DNA from: Vairimorpha necatrix
Lineage: Eukaryota
Reading direction: 5' to 3'
Length of the DNA stretch: 64,000 bases
Assembly (NCBI GenBank): GCA_036630325.1
Contig: CP142737.1
Span: forward strand, 806,001-870,000
The position numbers and the translations under genes were made by a program. A model generated the notes under the pieces. The model saw only the letters and a program-made list of their open reading frames with translations, had not been told where the DNA came from and did not search any database. This document shows, one piece after another, positions 13,721-25,766 of the stretch. Within the stretch, counting starts at the first letter, position 1; every line of letters starts with the position of its first letter.

Positions 13721-14840
13721 TAAAAAATATTCAAAATGCACACCTTAGCGACGGGTAAGAACATAAATACGACTTGTTGTCAAGACACAACGCTTACTAG
13801 GCAAATACATCCAAAAAATCTACTTTAAGTACAATTTTGGATGATACTATAAATATTTTAAACCACACACATACAGCATTATCTATCAATTATAATCAGT
13901 TTAGAGGCATATATACAGGCATAATCATTAGATGGCAAAAACAATACAATGTATTATGAATGCATAGGATTGACACTTACTATGAAATATTACACGAGAA
14001 CATAATGAGAGAATGCATGCCGAACACCAAGCTAATAATGAAGGAAATGCGCGCATTTTGTGAAAAAATATAAAAATGAAATGTATGTGCTAAAAATATC
14101 GAAATTTCATTTTTTTCAGATTTTTTTTCTTAATTATATTAGCTATACGTTAATGATGATAAAAAAAAAGTTTTAGCCGACAATGATTTTTCTAGTATAA
14201 TTAAAAACTTTGTTGTTTGTATTTGGTGTTTTCGCTACAATCCCGCATCTTTTTTTTACTTAGGCTGTCATTCCTACAAGCTATCATATTCTTAATCCTG
14301 TAATGAGACACGCTTCAAAAATTTATGTGAAAGGTGGTTTTTTATATGATTTCTTTTTTGCAGTTCTAATTATGTTTTAATTTATTATGATGTACTTATA
14401 GAGCCAAAAAATTCATTTTAATGGCTCTGAGCTAGATTTATAATTCATATTTTTCAGATTATAATAACATATGAAAATTTTTATTTTCTCTATTGCATAC
14501 ATCTCAGACTGCAAAACTAATAAGGCATTGTTGTAATATTTAAAATAATCTTTATATTTAATTGTTTAAAACGTGGAGATGTTTAGTCATTATCAATATC
14601 CATACAAAAAAGATATAATTCATCATAAGCGGTAAATTGGAAAAAGACATTAACTAGACAAAAAGTATATCATGTTTTTATCATATGAAAGAATTTAATA
14701 TTCACAATAGGATTATAAATAAATACAGAGAGTTAATTGTGTAATTAACACAATTTCTGTAAAATTTTAAAAAATATAAAATTGAAAGATTACAGAAGTA
14801 ATTTGCACATTTTGAATTTTTTAAAATTAAACACTAAAAT

Positions 14841-15365
14841 TTATTCATAGGTAGCCATATTAGGAGAAAATGGATCTTCTTTTTTCGTACACTTAAGTGT
14901 TAGTTCAACTAGAGTTGGTGATACGGCAGGAGTTTCGTCGTTTCCTGTATTTCCGTCTTCGGCAGGAGTTTCGTCGTTTCCTGTATTTCCGTCTTCGGCA
15001 GGAGTTTCGTCATTTCTTGTATTTCCGTCTTCGGCAGGAGTTTCGTCGTTTCCGGTATTTCCATCTTCGGCAGCAGTTTCGTCATTTCCTGTATTTCCAT
15101 CTTCGGCAGCAGTTTCGTCATTTCCTGTATTTCCATCTTCGGCAGCAGTTTCGTCGTTTCCTGTATTTCCATCTTCGGCATGAGTTTCGTCGTTTCCGGT
15201 ATTTCCATCTTCAGCGGGAGTTTCGTCGTCTTGCGCATCTCCATCACCATTTTCTCTAGGGTTTATATTAATATTAATATCAGATTTCCCATTTATATTT
15301 TTCGTAGAAATAATAAAACCTATTTTAAAAATTGCACTTAATTTTACTAAAAGCGATACCTTCAT
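14841..15365 (-). CDS. Secreted acidic repeat protein, paralog 1 (174 aa; 8 x DETPAEDGNTGN)
   Basis: CCCCACA precedes the ATG at 15365. Hydrophobic leader, 36-nt tandem repeats with synonymous variation, and the conserved C-terminus ELTLKCTKKEDPFSPNMATYE. Confidence 0.85.
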   Translation of the reverse strand: MKVSLLVKLSAIFKIGFIISTKNINGKSDINININPRENGDGDAQDDETPAEDGNTGNDETHAEDGNTGNDETAAEDGNTGNDETAAEDGNTGNDETAAEDGNTGNDETPAEDGNTRNDETPAEDGNTGNDETPAEDGNTGNDETPAVSPTLVELTLKCTKKEDPFSPNMATYE

Positions 15366-18279
15366 TGTGGGGTCCTCCAAAAAAAACCATTTATACTTTG
15401 GTACCCAAACAATAAAAAAAATAAAAATTTTAAAAAATAATTAGTAACACTAGTAATATTAATTTATAGAGTTTAAATCATTTGTTTATTTTTTTATATA
15501 AATAAATGTCATTTAATCAATATTTATTTTGACACATCAAAACAAAAAATTTTGAGCTAAAATTATTTTAGTCGTAGGTTATTACTCAAGTTCTATATCA
15601 TATTTTACTTGCATATTTGTGTACAAAACAAACTTTAAATATATTAATTTTTGGGATCTAACAATATACAGAAAATACCTGCTACTTACACTATATAGAA
15701 GCTTATGTTAAGATCAGAATTGAGAAATTGTTACTGGAAAGTTATACTTTTGTAAGGCGCAAAAAATATAAGTGAAAAGATGCAGACAGTAGTTCTTTGC
15801 TTGAACTTAATAAGGTAAATGTCACAGATATGTCGAATAAAAAATGAAGAAACGACTCAAAAAATTGAGTGTAAAACATTACGTCATGATGTTTTTGACA
15901 CATTTTCGATTGATTTTTTCATAATGATACAAACAAAATTTTTCAATACAAGAATATAAGCGGTTTTTGTAAATAACTAAAAGATACAAAAATATATAAT
16001 CTTTCTTTTTCAAAATTATGTAGCGGTTATCGTGGACATTATCAAAAAAGCATAAAGCACGATATTCTTAACATAGAAGAAAAGCGTATGTATAATTACA
16101 TTATGACAAATATTCTATCGGCGATACAGCAAATAGTTTTTATGTGCCATCTTTTTATTCATAGTTCTTTTAATGCCTAGAGTTTGCTTATTTACAAATA
16201 CAACTAGTGTAAGCCACGTGGAATTTTATATGAAATAATTACCAATCTCGCAGTCCTTTTGTTAGTCAGTCTATTTATAAATAATTGCAGTAATGATCTT
16301 ATATAATGAACTTAAAAATAGTTATAGATAATGAGATTTCTTTAGAGATATATCCCACTAAAGCCATTTGAGTATGGTTTTAAAAATATATGTCTCAAAA
16401 GTAACATTTATAAATGAACAAATATATTCATAAACAATAAGTTCTTACTAAAAATGAATATGGCGAGATTAAAGACAATTCTACAGAAAAATTATGTATG
16501 AGACCCTTGATCGAGTAGCAACAATTAAAGATTTATAATAGTACGACATGAAAAAATGCAAGCAGAAACGAAGCTTTACTCTGCGATTTAAGTACAAAAA
16601 GCATGTATGTGCAAGGACAATAAGAACTTTGAATTTTAAAGAATCATAAAAGTCTGCGTCAAAACAAAAACAATGTCTGAAAAGAGGAAATTTACACACA
16701 ATATGGCATGATACAGGAAGTAACCCACATGTTTATATGATATAAGTTAAAGTACATTTTTTAGAATTTCGCATTGTGCAGGACGTCGTGTAAGATGAAT
16801 AACTGATACAGATGGATACCATGTTAAAACAAATAAAAAATTTAGACTTACTGCAAATGCAAATTTTATACCCAAAAAAAAATTTACATCACAAAAATTG
16901 ATCATTTTATGCTTATTTGTTTTTACAAAAAAAAATTTCAAAAGTAAAATTTGGCCGCAAAAAATTGATATCAAGACGTAAAAAAACTGTTCGATATTTG
17001 TAAATAATACTTCAATGACTTCACATATCATAAAATTATTGTTCCACGATTAAATCTTATACTTTCTAAATTTAAGTACATACCTTTGAATTCTTTTATT
17101 AACTTTACAGTTCATAACGCTTGACAAAGATATATTAGAATTGTTTTAGTTGATATTTGATGAAAAATAAACATTAACAAATACTTTTCTAACCAAAAAA
17201 AATGTTTGTTCATTTGTACATGAAGTAGCATGTATGGTAAAGACTTTTCATTCGAACTAATAATGGTTTTTTAAATGATATAATTCTAAACATAAAAATT
17301 AGGTATTATGTATGCTTTTATCATCATATAATTGAATTTTTAAAAATCGAATAATTGTTTAATACAAAATTATGTAACCATAAAAAATTTTGACACAGGC
17401 CTTTCTCATAAAAACGTTTACAACATAAAATATTACTTAGAAATTATTAAGATTATAACCTTTTACATATATATATGGAGTCATTTTAACATATGCTTTT
17501 TTTAGAAAAATATCGTAAGATAACATGCCCAATTATACGTTAGATATAAAAAATAATACCAAATGGGAAGTTTTTATTATCACAAAATTCAATTTATAAG
17601 CAAGAAAAGAAGTCTTTTGGCAGTTCTGACTTGCCAGAGTTTTGATCTGAGGCAAAGAAAGAGTACAAATAAACAATGTTTATTTATAATTTTTAATCTT
17701 TATTAAAAAATCATTTGATATAAGTTTTTTTTAACTTAATTAAATAAATACATAACATTCGAACACAAAAGAAAAAGAACAACAAGTGGGATTCGCGGTC
17801 AAGAGACAAGAAACTTACATAAAGAGAGGTAAAAAATAGGGGCGATAACAAGAATGAAGAATGTATTTGCGGAAGTGACATTAAAGCATGCGTTAAGACG
17901 AGCAAGTGTCGAACTGCATGATCTTTTTTTCTGAGAAAAGTCAAGTCAGCTTAAAAAATTGGAATGAAATTATATGAAAAATCGAAAACATGTGTAAGAA
18001 AAAGAAGAGTAAGAAAAAAAATAAGAAAGAGGAAATAGAAAAGTTAGTTAAAGGGATGAAAAAGATCCAACAAATGAGACTAAAGAAAAACTGATTAGAA
18101 TAGTAGCAATACCAAGAAAAATAATCAGTATTAAATAAGATAAGAGAGGCAGTTTTTTTTATATGAGAAAATAGGACATATAGCTTAAAACTATATGCAT
18201 CGTAAAGAAACACGAGAAGAGAAAAAAAGGATAAAAATTCAAAGTTTTAGGAATCTGTAATAATGTAAATAATTAATTA

Positions 18280-18510
18280 TTTATTTAGGTATAACAAAAT
18301 ATCTTACTTACTAATTACTTTTCACAAGCTATACTCACAATTTCTTCTGGCAACCCCGAGTTCCTCCTGGAATTCACATATTGGGTCCTCGAATACCCCT
18401 TCCTGTTCAGTATCAAGCCCATGTCCGATTGACATAGTTAGGCTTGCTAAAGTCATTTTAAGGACTCTAGTCTGCTTATATGCTTCCGTTCTGGGTTCTA
18501 ATCGGAGCAA
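18280..18510 (-). mobile_element. Short 3'-terminal fragment of a non-LTR retrotransposon
   Basis: Translates as ..EAYKQTRVLKMTLASL.. and is homologous to 63465-63712 (shared gacatgggcttgatactga and aagtaagatttt..tatacctaaataaa). Confidence 0.65.
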
Positions 18511-18841
18511 AAGTACTAACATATTATAATTATTTTACCGTTACAATGTTTATAATGTGGGAAGTTTCTTCATTATTGTATTTTTCAATGCAAAAAAGGT
18601 ATAAACCGATTGTTTGCATAAAATCGAAACATTTTATTAACCAGAATAAAGTATATCATGTTTTGATCATATGAAAATGAACAAAAATTATCAATAGAAT
18701 TTTCAATAAATACTGAGACTAAATGTAATGTTTATACAATGACAGTCGGCTTTTTAAACTTTTGTTTTTAAAAAAGTTGAAAGAAAATGATACACAAGGA
18801 ATTTTCTCAATTTAAATTTATTTACAATACAACACTAAAAT

Positions 18842-19192
18842 TTATTCATAGGTGGCCAGGAAAGGGGAAAATGGATCAATTCTTTTCCCACACTTGAGCG
18901 TTAGTTCAACTGGGGTTGGTATTTCGTCTTCAGCAGGAGTTTCATCATTTCCAGTATTTCCATCTTCGGCGGGAGTTTCATCATTTCCAGTATTTCCATC
19001 TTCAGCAGGAGTTTCGTCATTTCCGGTATTTCCATCTTCAGCAGGAGTTTCGTCAGCTTGGTCATCTCCATTTCCATTTTCTCTAGGCTTAATATTAATA
19101 TTTACATCTGCTTTTCCGTTTACATTTTGCGTAGCAATAATAATACCTAATTTGATTAATAAATTGAATTTTACTAAAAATGATACATTCAT
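18842..19192 (-). CDS. Secreted acidic repeat protein, paralog 2 (116 aa; 3 x DETPAEDGNTGN)
   Basis: CCCCCA precedes the ATG. Leader, repeat unit and C-terminus (ELTLKCGKRIDPFSPFLATYE) match paralog 1. Confidence 0.85.
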   Translation of the reverse strand: MNVSFLVKFNLLIKLGIIIATQNVNGKADVNINIKPRENGNGDDQADETPAEDGNTGNDETPAEDGNTGNDETPAEDGNTGNDETPAEDEIPTPVELTLKCGKRIDPFSPFLATYE

Positions 19193-22100
19193 TGGGGGTT
19201 CTTCAAAAAAAATCTTTTATAGTTTGGTACCAAAACAACAAAAAGAATAAATATTTATAAAATATTGTTAGTAATACTAAAGACTATTAAATACAATAGA
19301 ATTTGGTGCTTTTTGTTTGTTTTTTAATAAACAAATCGCATTTTATTGATATTAATTTTGACACATTGACACATAATTTAAAGCTAAAATTGTGTTTAGT
19401 CGTGGTTTATTACTCAATTTTTTACATAATATTCCCATATTGTGTACAAAACAAAATTATTAAATTTTTTTTCGCCTAACAATATGCAAAAAATAGCTGC
19501 TCCTTATACATCACATAGAAGCTTACGTTAAGATCAGAATTGATATATTGTTACTGGAAAGTTATACTATCGTAAGTCGCCAAAAAGAAGAACTGAATAA
19601 GATGACGATAGTACTACTTGCCTTAAACTTAGCAACGTGAATTTTATTAGAAATGACAATAAAAATGAAGAGATGACTAAAATAAACGTAAAGCATTACG
19701 TCATGATGGTTTTGACACTTTTTTGTTGAATTTTTTCATAATAATACAAAAAAATACAGAAATTTAAGGGAGCCTGTAAAAAACTAACATATACAAAGCT
19801 ATAATCTTTCTTGTATAAAACTACATAACAGTTATCGGGGACATTATCAAAAAAAAACATATAACACCACCTTCCTGGCATAGATTGAAAATCAATGCCA
19901 AAGGTACTTCAATACAAATATTATATCATAGATGCAGAAAATAGTCTTTTACTGAAGCATATTTTTTCATAGCGCTAAATAATACCTAGAGTCTATTTAT
20001 TTAGGACGACAACCAGTTTTATTTTTGTGAAAGTAAGTATAAAAAATTTAACCAAAAGGCAAGGCTTAAGCTAGACAGTCTAAAGATTTAAAAATTGCGA
20101 GATGTGATATATATATGATAAAATAAGTAAGGTTATAAATAATTTGTAATGTCTTAAGACATGTAAATCACTAAAAACTAATTTGAATATTACGTTAGGA
20201 ATATAATACCTAAAAGTAACATAATATAATACAAATATATTTATAACTAATAAGCACAGAATAAGGTGAGTGTAGCTAGATCAAAGACAATCCTACACAA
20301 AAAATAAAATATGAGACTCAAACCGAAGTAGAAACAATTAAATATTCATCTTTAGTACGACATGGTAAAATGCAAGCTTTTATGAGGCTTTCTCTGCGAT
20401 TTGAGCATAGAAAACATGATGTGAAAGGGAAATAAGAACGTTAATCGTAAAGAATCATTTGGTCTGCAGCTAAACGCCAACAATTTTTGGAAATATAAAT
20501 GGATATTTTCACATAAGATGGTACGATACAGAATATACTCACGTGTTATATGATATATCTTAAAGTTCATATTTTATTTAGAAATTCGCACTGTGCAAGA
20601 ATTCGTGTAGAATGAATGCCTTATAACAAACATATCAACTACTTTTACTTTAATGTGAATTTATAACCCAAAAAAATATTTTAAATTCAACAAAACAAAT
20701 TCTTCTTTGCTTATTTGTTTATAAAAATAATAAAAAATTTCAAAAGTAAAATTAAACTGCAAAGATTGTTAGCGAGAAGTTTACAATAAATTGATCGATA
20801 TTTGAATCTACTCCAATGACTTTCACACATTATCGAAATATTGTTTCTACTAATAACTCATATACCTTTCTTGGTTTTAGTACAAACATGAAATTCTTTA
20901 ATCATTTTTACAATTCATACACTTAAAATTGACACATCAGAATTGTTTAATTTGACATTTGATGAAATTGAAATATAATCAAATATCTCCCTAATCAAAA
21001 AAAATTATTTATCGATTATTTACATGAACTAACTTGTATGATATCAACTATTTATTCGAACTAAAAAATGGTTTATAAAAAGGTTTTTTTATTTATTAAT
21101 AAATCAGCTTTAAAATTTTTTAACTATATTATTTATATTTAGATGTTAAATGAATTTTTTCCCAAAATTATATAACCAAAAAAATTTTCTAAAATGACTT
21201 TCCCCTTTTAACACCTAAACATAAGATAAAACAATAAGAATTTTCAATTACAAATTTTTTATATATACGTAGTGTTATTCTTGAAATTATACGTTTTTAA
21301 AAAAAAAATAGTCGCAAGGTAACATGCCATTATACAATTAAATGTAAAAAGTTATAAAAAATGTCTCAGAGGAATTATTGTGTGAATTAAGTTCTGATAT
21401 GAGTTTTAAATGGGTTTAAATTACAAATATATATCTAACATTTCTGGATCTCTGGTAAAAAATCATTTAATAATTTATTGATTAATTTTTATTAGCCAAA
21501 ATACAGCCGTAGATACACATGTTATGTTTTTAGTAACATCAAATAATTGTATTGTTGTGTAAATAAGCTAACACTTCTATTTATTTAAGTAGACACATTA
21601 AAAAAAAAATTTAATATCAACTTTTGTCATCAAAAACGCTAGCATACCACATAGGTCTCGCTAAAGTATTTAGATCATTTTTTATCAATACAATTACATG
21701 CAAGGTCAATAAAAGGGACTGTGCTGCTTATAAAGTGTTTAATGTGGCTTATAGTGAAGTTTACGATATATAAATTTGAAATTACCGCGCCATTATTATA
21801 GTTTTACTCATTTTCTAAGGTAGATCTTCTGGTGTGATTTTCTTACTAAAGATCTCGAAAAAGGACCACGCAGTTCTTTTTACAAATACAGCATTTGTGG
21901 TGCTGATTTGATTTTACTATGCAAAATTATTACCTAGGTCAATTTGAAATCTCAAGGTGTTATATATACTAACGATAGAACTTAATTGCCGTTTCGCCTT
22001 TTTCTTTATCTGCTTAATTTTTTCTTGTGTATTATATAATTCAATGTATACTTAACCCTCTTTATAGATATGAACGAATTTTTAAGAGTTGATTTCTGTT

Positions 22101-22479
22101 TTTTAGAATGTATATTTTAAAATGAATCTAATTTAAATAATTAAAATATTATAATGATGTCAAGTAAAAAAACGCTATCGAAGTTCTACAGCTAATATAA
22201 CTATTAATCTAAATAAATTGCACTGTTTTGTGGGTATTGTTTCAATTTTTTAATTTTTTTTTAAAAAATTTTTACTTTTTTGGGAAAAAGAAATAAACTG
22301 TCTAGGCTAGCCTCATATATTCATATTGTAAATAGAGTAAGCATAATAATAAATTATTTTATCTTTATTAAGTCTTTTTAAGAAATGTAGATAAAGCAAA
22401 GATTATATGTGTTAGTACGATGATATCATTCATGAAAGTGTATAAATTATGGCGCTAAGTGTATCTTTTGTAAATTTAT

Positions 22480-23700
22480 TTGAATCCAGTATATATATCA
22501 TAAATAAATAATTCTTATGCGACCAAAGAATGGGTGGTTTGTGGGATCTTATTGCTCCTGTTAGTTATATTAGTAGGTTTCAATGTTAAAGTTATAGAGA
22601 ACAGTTGAAAGAAGTCCATATATATCAATACTATGAATTACTATGTAGGGTTCGCCCAATCATTTACTAGCAATAAAAAAATTTGGAGATTAAGCGTGCA
22701 TCACCGATAATATGATTGTGACAGATGAGTTGAGTAAAAATAATACAACTAAGAATTATAAGATCGGTATATTTTATAAAGGCGCGACAAAATAGGCAGA
22801 TTCTGGGCAAACGTAGAAAGCATGTTGAAATAGCTGACGTCGAAGAATAACAGATTTTATAGCGGTCAGATCTAAGAGAGGCAATATTTTTTAAGAGTGT
22901 CTAAAACCATAAGCCATGAAGTATACTAAAGTTTTAGTATAATAATCAAGAAATTATATTAGCCGGCTATCTAAATTCAAATTGAGAATATATCGAAAAA
23001 TTGTAAGATTTTTCCGATAAATAATAAAAAGGCGAAAGAAGCTATTTTGTCTGGCTATTACATATTTTTAAATGTAAGTTAGGTCTTATGAAATTAGAGA
23101 AGAAATACGAGTAAGTCTTTTGGTTCCTGTATTCTTCACAATAGGATACCGTAAAGAGTTTTAGATAATAATATGCGTCAGGAATTGTAAGTTATACAAA
23201 ATGTGTGTAAATATGATAAAGTTGAAAAGATAGCAAGTAATAACAAAACAGAACTCTATATTAAACATGATGATTGGAGTAAATTTATAGCGATAGCGCG
23301 CAGAAGGTAAACGAAGTACATAGGAGCAATGATAAGACTTATAAAATAATTTGAACATTAAGAGATGGCATTCAAAAATCATGAAAATGTTAATTTAGTA
23401 AAAGCTATACGAAACGATAAAAAAATTGGATTAAAATTCGCACACTGGAGTCAAAAGCATGCGAGTTAAAACCACAATAGATAAGATAGGAGTTTTACGA
23501 AGGTTAATAATCCATGGGTAACGTACACAGTATAATTTAGAGAAAAACTTAATATTAATCATATAGTGGAAATTATTAAAATAAAACCTCCTAATGTTGT
23601 ATAAAAATAAATTAAAGGAAAATGTTCGATATAGTGGAATAATCAAAACTAGTTTGGTTTTTTCTTATATCGTAAAACATTGGAATGTCAATTTTTTAAA
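22480..23700 (+). pseudogene. Probable highly decayed non-LTR reverse transcriptase remnant
   Basis: Purine-rich former coding texture with fragments resembling KYIG (~23314) and NLVKAI (~23392). No long ORF; boundaries uncertain. Confidence 0.35.
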
Positions 23701-24018
23701 AAAAGACACAGAATTTGATAGACAAGGCGATTGAAACATTCTGAAGAAGATCGGTGAAAGAGAGTAAGATCATATTTTTTAAAAACATTCCTCAAGTTAT
23801 GTTTTGACATAAATAATCTGTAATATATTTTATTAATAATATGTATGTGATGTTAACACATTTCAATTTTAACTTACAAGAACTCTTTTTTAGCTTTTTT
23901 GCATTTTGACATAAAATTTTTTTTTGCTTAAAATGATCTAATAACAAAAATAAATCAGACATTTTTATGATTTTTAAATCGTTCCAAAAAACTTATAATT
24001 TTTATATTTAATTATATG

Positions 24019-24760
24019 TGTTGAGAATATATAATTAAAATATCACCCTACTTACAATTATCTTTAACATGGTGGAGAATAAAATTATTGAACCCAACAA
24101 AAAACAAAAAAAGAGGTTGTAAGTTCCGTCGAGGCATGAGACGTAAGAAAATGCAGTTTAGGTTAGAATGGGATGGTTGGTTGTCTAATAGAAGAGAAGG
24201 GAAGACTTGCATCAGTCGAAGGACCCGGATAGGTGAAGACGTAGAGTAGCTATGAAGAGCTATGGAGAAAACAGTATTGACTGTAATAAAATCTGGCATA
24301 AGAGATGCACAGATTGAGTATAGTGGTAATCCTACTATATACATTTAAAGCTATCGTGGCAAGATAGCTGAACCGCCAGTGTATAAAAATCCAGAGAGAT
24401 TTAAAAGAGAAGAAAATCAAAAATAAACTATGTTGTGGTAGAAAAATAAAATAGGCGGAAAAAATTAGATTTCATTGATGGGAAGACATGTGTAAAGAAT
24501 AATCACATGCCCATGACTTTATGTATTTAACAGGAAAAGAAGTACCGTAAATACCAATACAAGAAGGGATAGTAAGACGCGAAAGGGTAAAACGCAGCCC
24601 ATGGTCAATTAACTTAAAAAAATGCACTTTTATTTTGAAAGCCAAGTAGTAGGCGTTAGAAGTTGTAAAGATAATTAAATCACTCAGCTCTAAATTTAGC
24701 GCGGGGATGTTGAGAATATATATTTAATAAATTTAACCCCACTAACAATTATCTTTAACA
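24019..24760 (+). mobile_element. Miniature non-autonomous LTR element (TRIM-like, 742 bp)
   Basis: Direct repeats at 24019-24069 and 24708-24760 (TGTTGAGAAT...CTTTAACA). PBS TGGTGGAGAAT follows the 5' LTR and gcgggga precedes the 3' LTR. No clear TSD. Confidence 0.8.
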
Positions 24761-25298
24761 TTATTTAAACCATTTATTTGTTATGGGTTATAAATCCCAC
24801 ATTGTAAAAATTTATAAGAGAGATTAAAATTTAATTGTGTGTAATATAAATTAGTATAAAATCAAAGCATATTTCCAAATATCCATAGTCTATTTATTAA
24901 AATGTTAGATTTAATTTTACTGTAACAGTTTTCTTAAAAAGATCGTCTATTTTAATTGTTATATTGATTTCCACATAAACGCTTTTTGAATAAAGTTTAT
25001 GATCACTTTATAGAAGAAACGTTCAATAAATTTTACAGTAATTTAATAGTAAGCTTTATATGTCAATTCCTGATATTATTTAGTAAAATAGCTAATTTTT
25101 ACATAGATAGTTCTATTTAATGTATAAAAAATCCTAAAATTTTATAATTGATATAAACAATTGGCGTGTTTTATAAACAAACGCATGTGCAAACCATATT
25201 GCGGGACATGTTTAAAAATGGCAAAAGACCGAACTTTTGCAAATACCATCATATTGAACTATAAAAGAAGTAATATATTATCAATACACTATTAAAAT

Positions 25299-25766
25299 TT
25301 ATTCAGCTGTAGCTAGATAAGGAGAAAATTCACAATTTCTTTTTAGATTTTTAAGTTTTAGTTCAGCAGGAGTTGGTTTCTCAGCATCGCCATCTTCAGC
25401 AGGGGTATCACCGTCTTCAGCCGGAGTATCACCGTCTTCAGCCGGAGTATCACCGTCTTCAGCCGGAGTATCACCGTCTTCAGCCGGGGTATCGCCATCT
25501 TCAGCAGGAGTATCGCCATCTTCGGCAGGAGTATCACCATCTTCGGCTGGAGTATCTTCGCCCTCAGCCGGGGTATCGCCATCTTCAGCTGGAGTATCTC
25601 CGCCCTCAGCAGGAGTATCACCATCTTCAGCAGGAGTGTCACCGTCTGCTCTAGGTTTAATACCACTTTTCGCCATTATTTTTCGAGCATTTTGCTTATT
25701 TTGTGTAGCAATAACAAAAACAATTTTAGATAATAAACTAAATAACATCACAAAAGATACATTCAT
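25299..25766 (-). CDS. Secreted acidic repeat protein, paralog 3 (155 aa; 12 x DTPAEDG)
   Basis: CCCCA precedes the ATG at 25766. Leader MNVSFVMLFSLLSKIVFVIATQN, 21-nt repeats, C-terminus ELKLKNLKRNCEFSPYLATAE. Confidence 0.85.
   Translation of the reverse strand: MNVSFVMLFSLLSKIVFVIATQNKQNARKIMAKSGIKPRADGDTPAEDGDTPAEGGDTPAEDGDTPAEGEDTPAEDGDTPAEDGDTPAEDGDTPAEDGDTPAEDGDTPAEDGDTPAEDGDTPAEDGDAEKPTPAELKLKNLKRNCEFSPYLATAE

Larger units (their letters stand above)
14660..21340. repeat. Diverged tandem segmental duplication: copy A ~14660-17540, copy B ~18645-21340
   Basis: Collinear matching blocks such as aaagtatatcatgttt..atcatatgaaa (14662/18648), gttaagatcagaattga..ttgttactggaaagttatact (~15707/19527), cattacgtcatgatg (15877/19694) and taacatgcc (17521/21320). 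Confidence 0.85.

Noticed and set aside
14920-15230. 36-bp tandem repeats as a possible CRISPR array
   Set aside because: There are no unique spacers or cas genes, the repeats are in-frame coding units, and the context is eukaryotic.
14897-15259. Alternative-frame and antisense ORFs over the repeat genes (also 14909-15250, 18852-19250, 25358-25666, 25373-25654)
   Set aside because: They are by-products of stop-free tandem repeats. Only the acidic frame has the CCC-ATG, leader and conserved tail.
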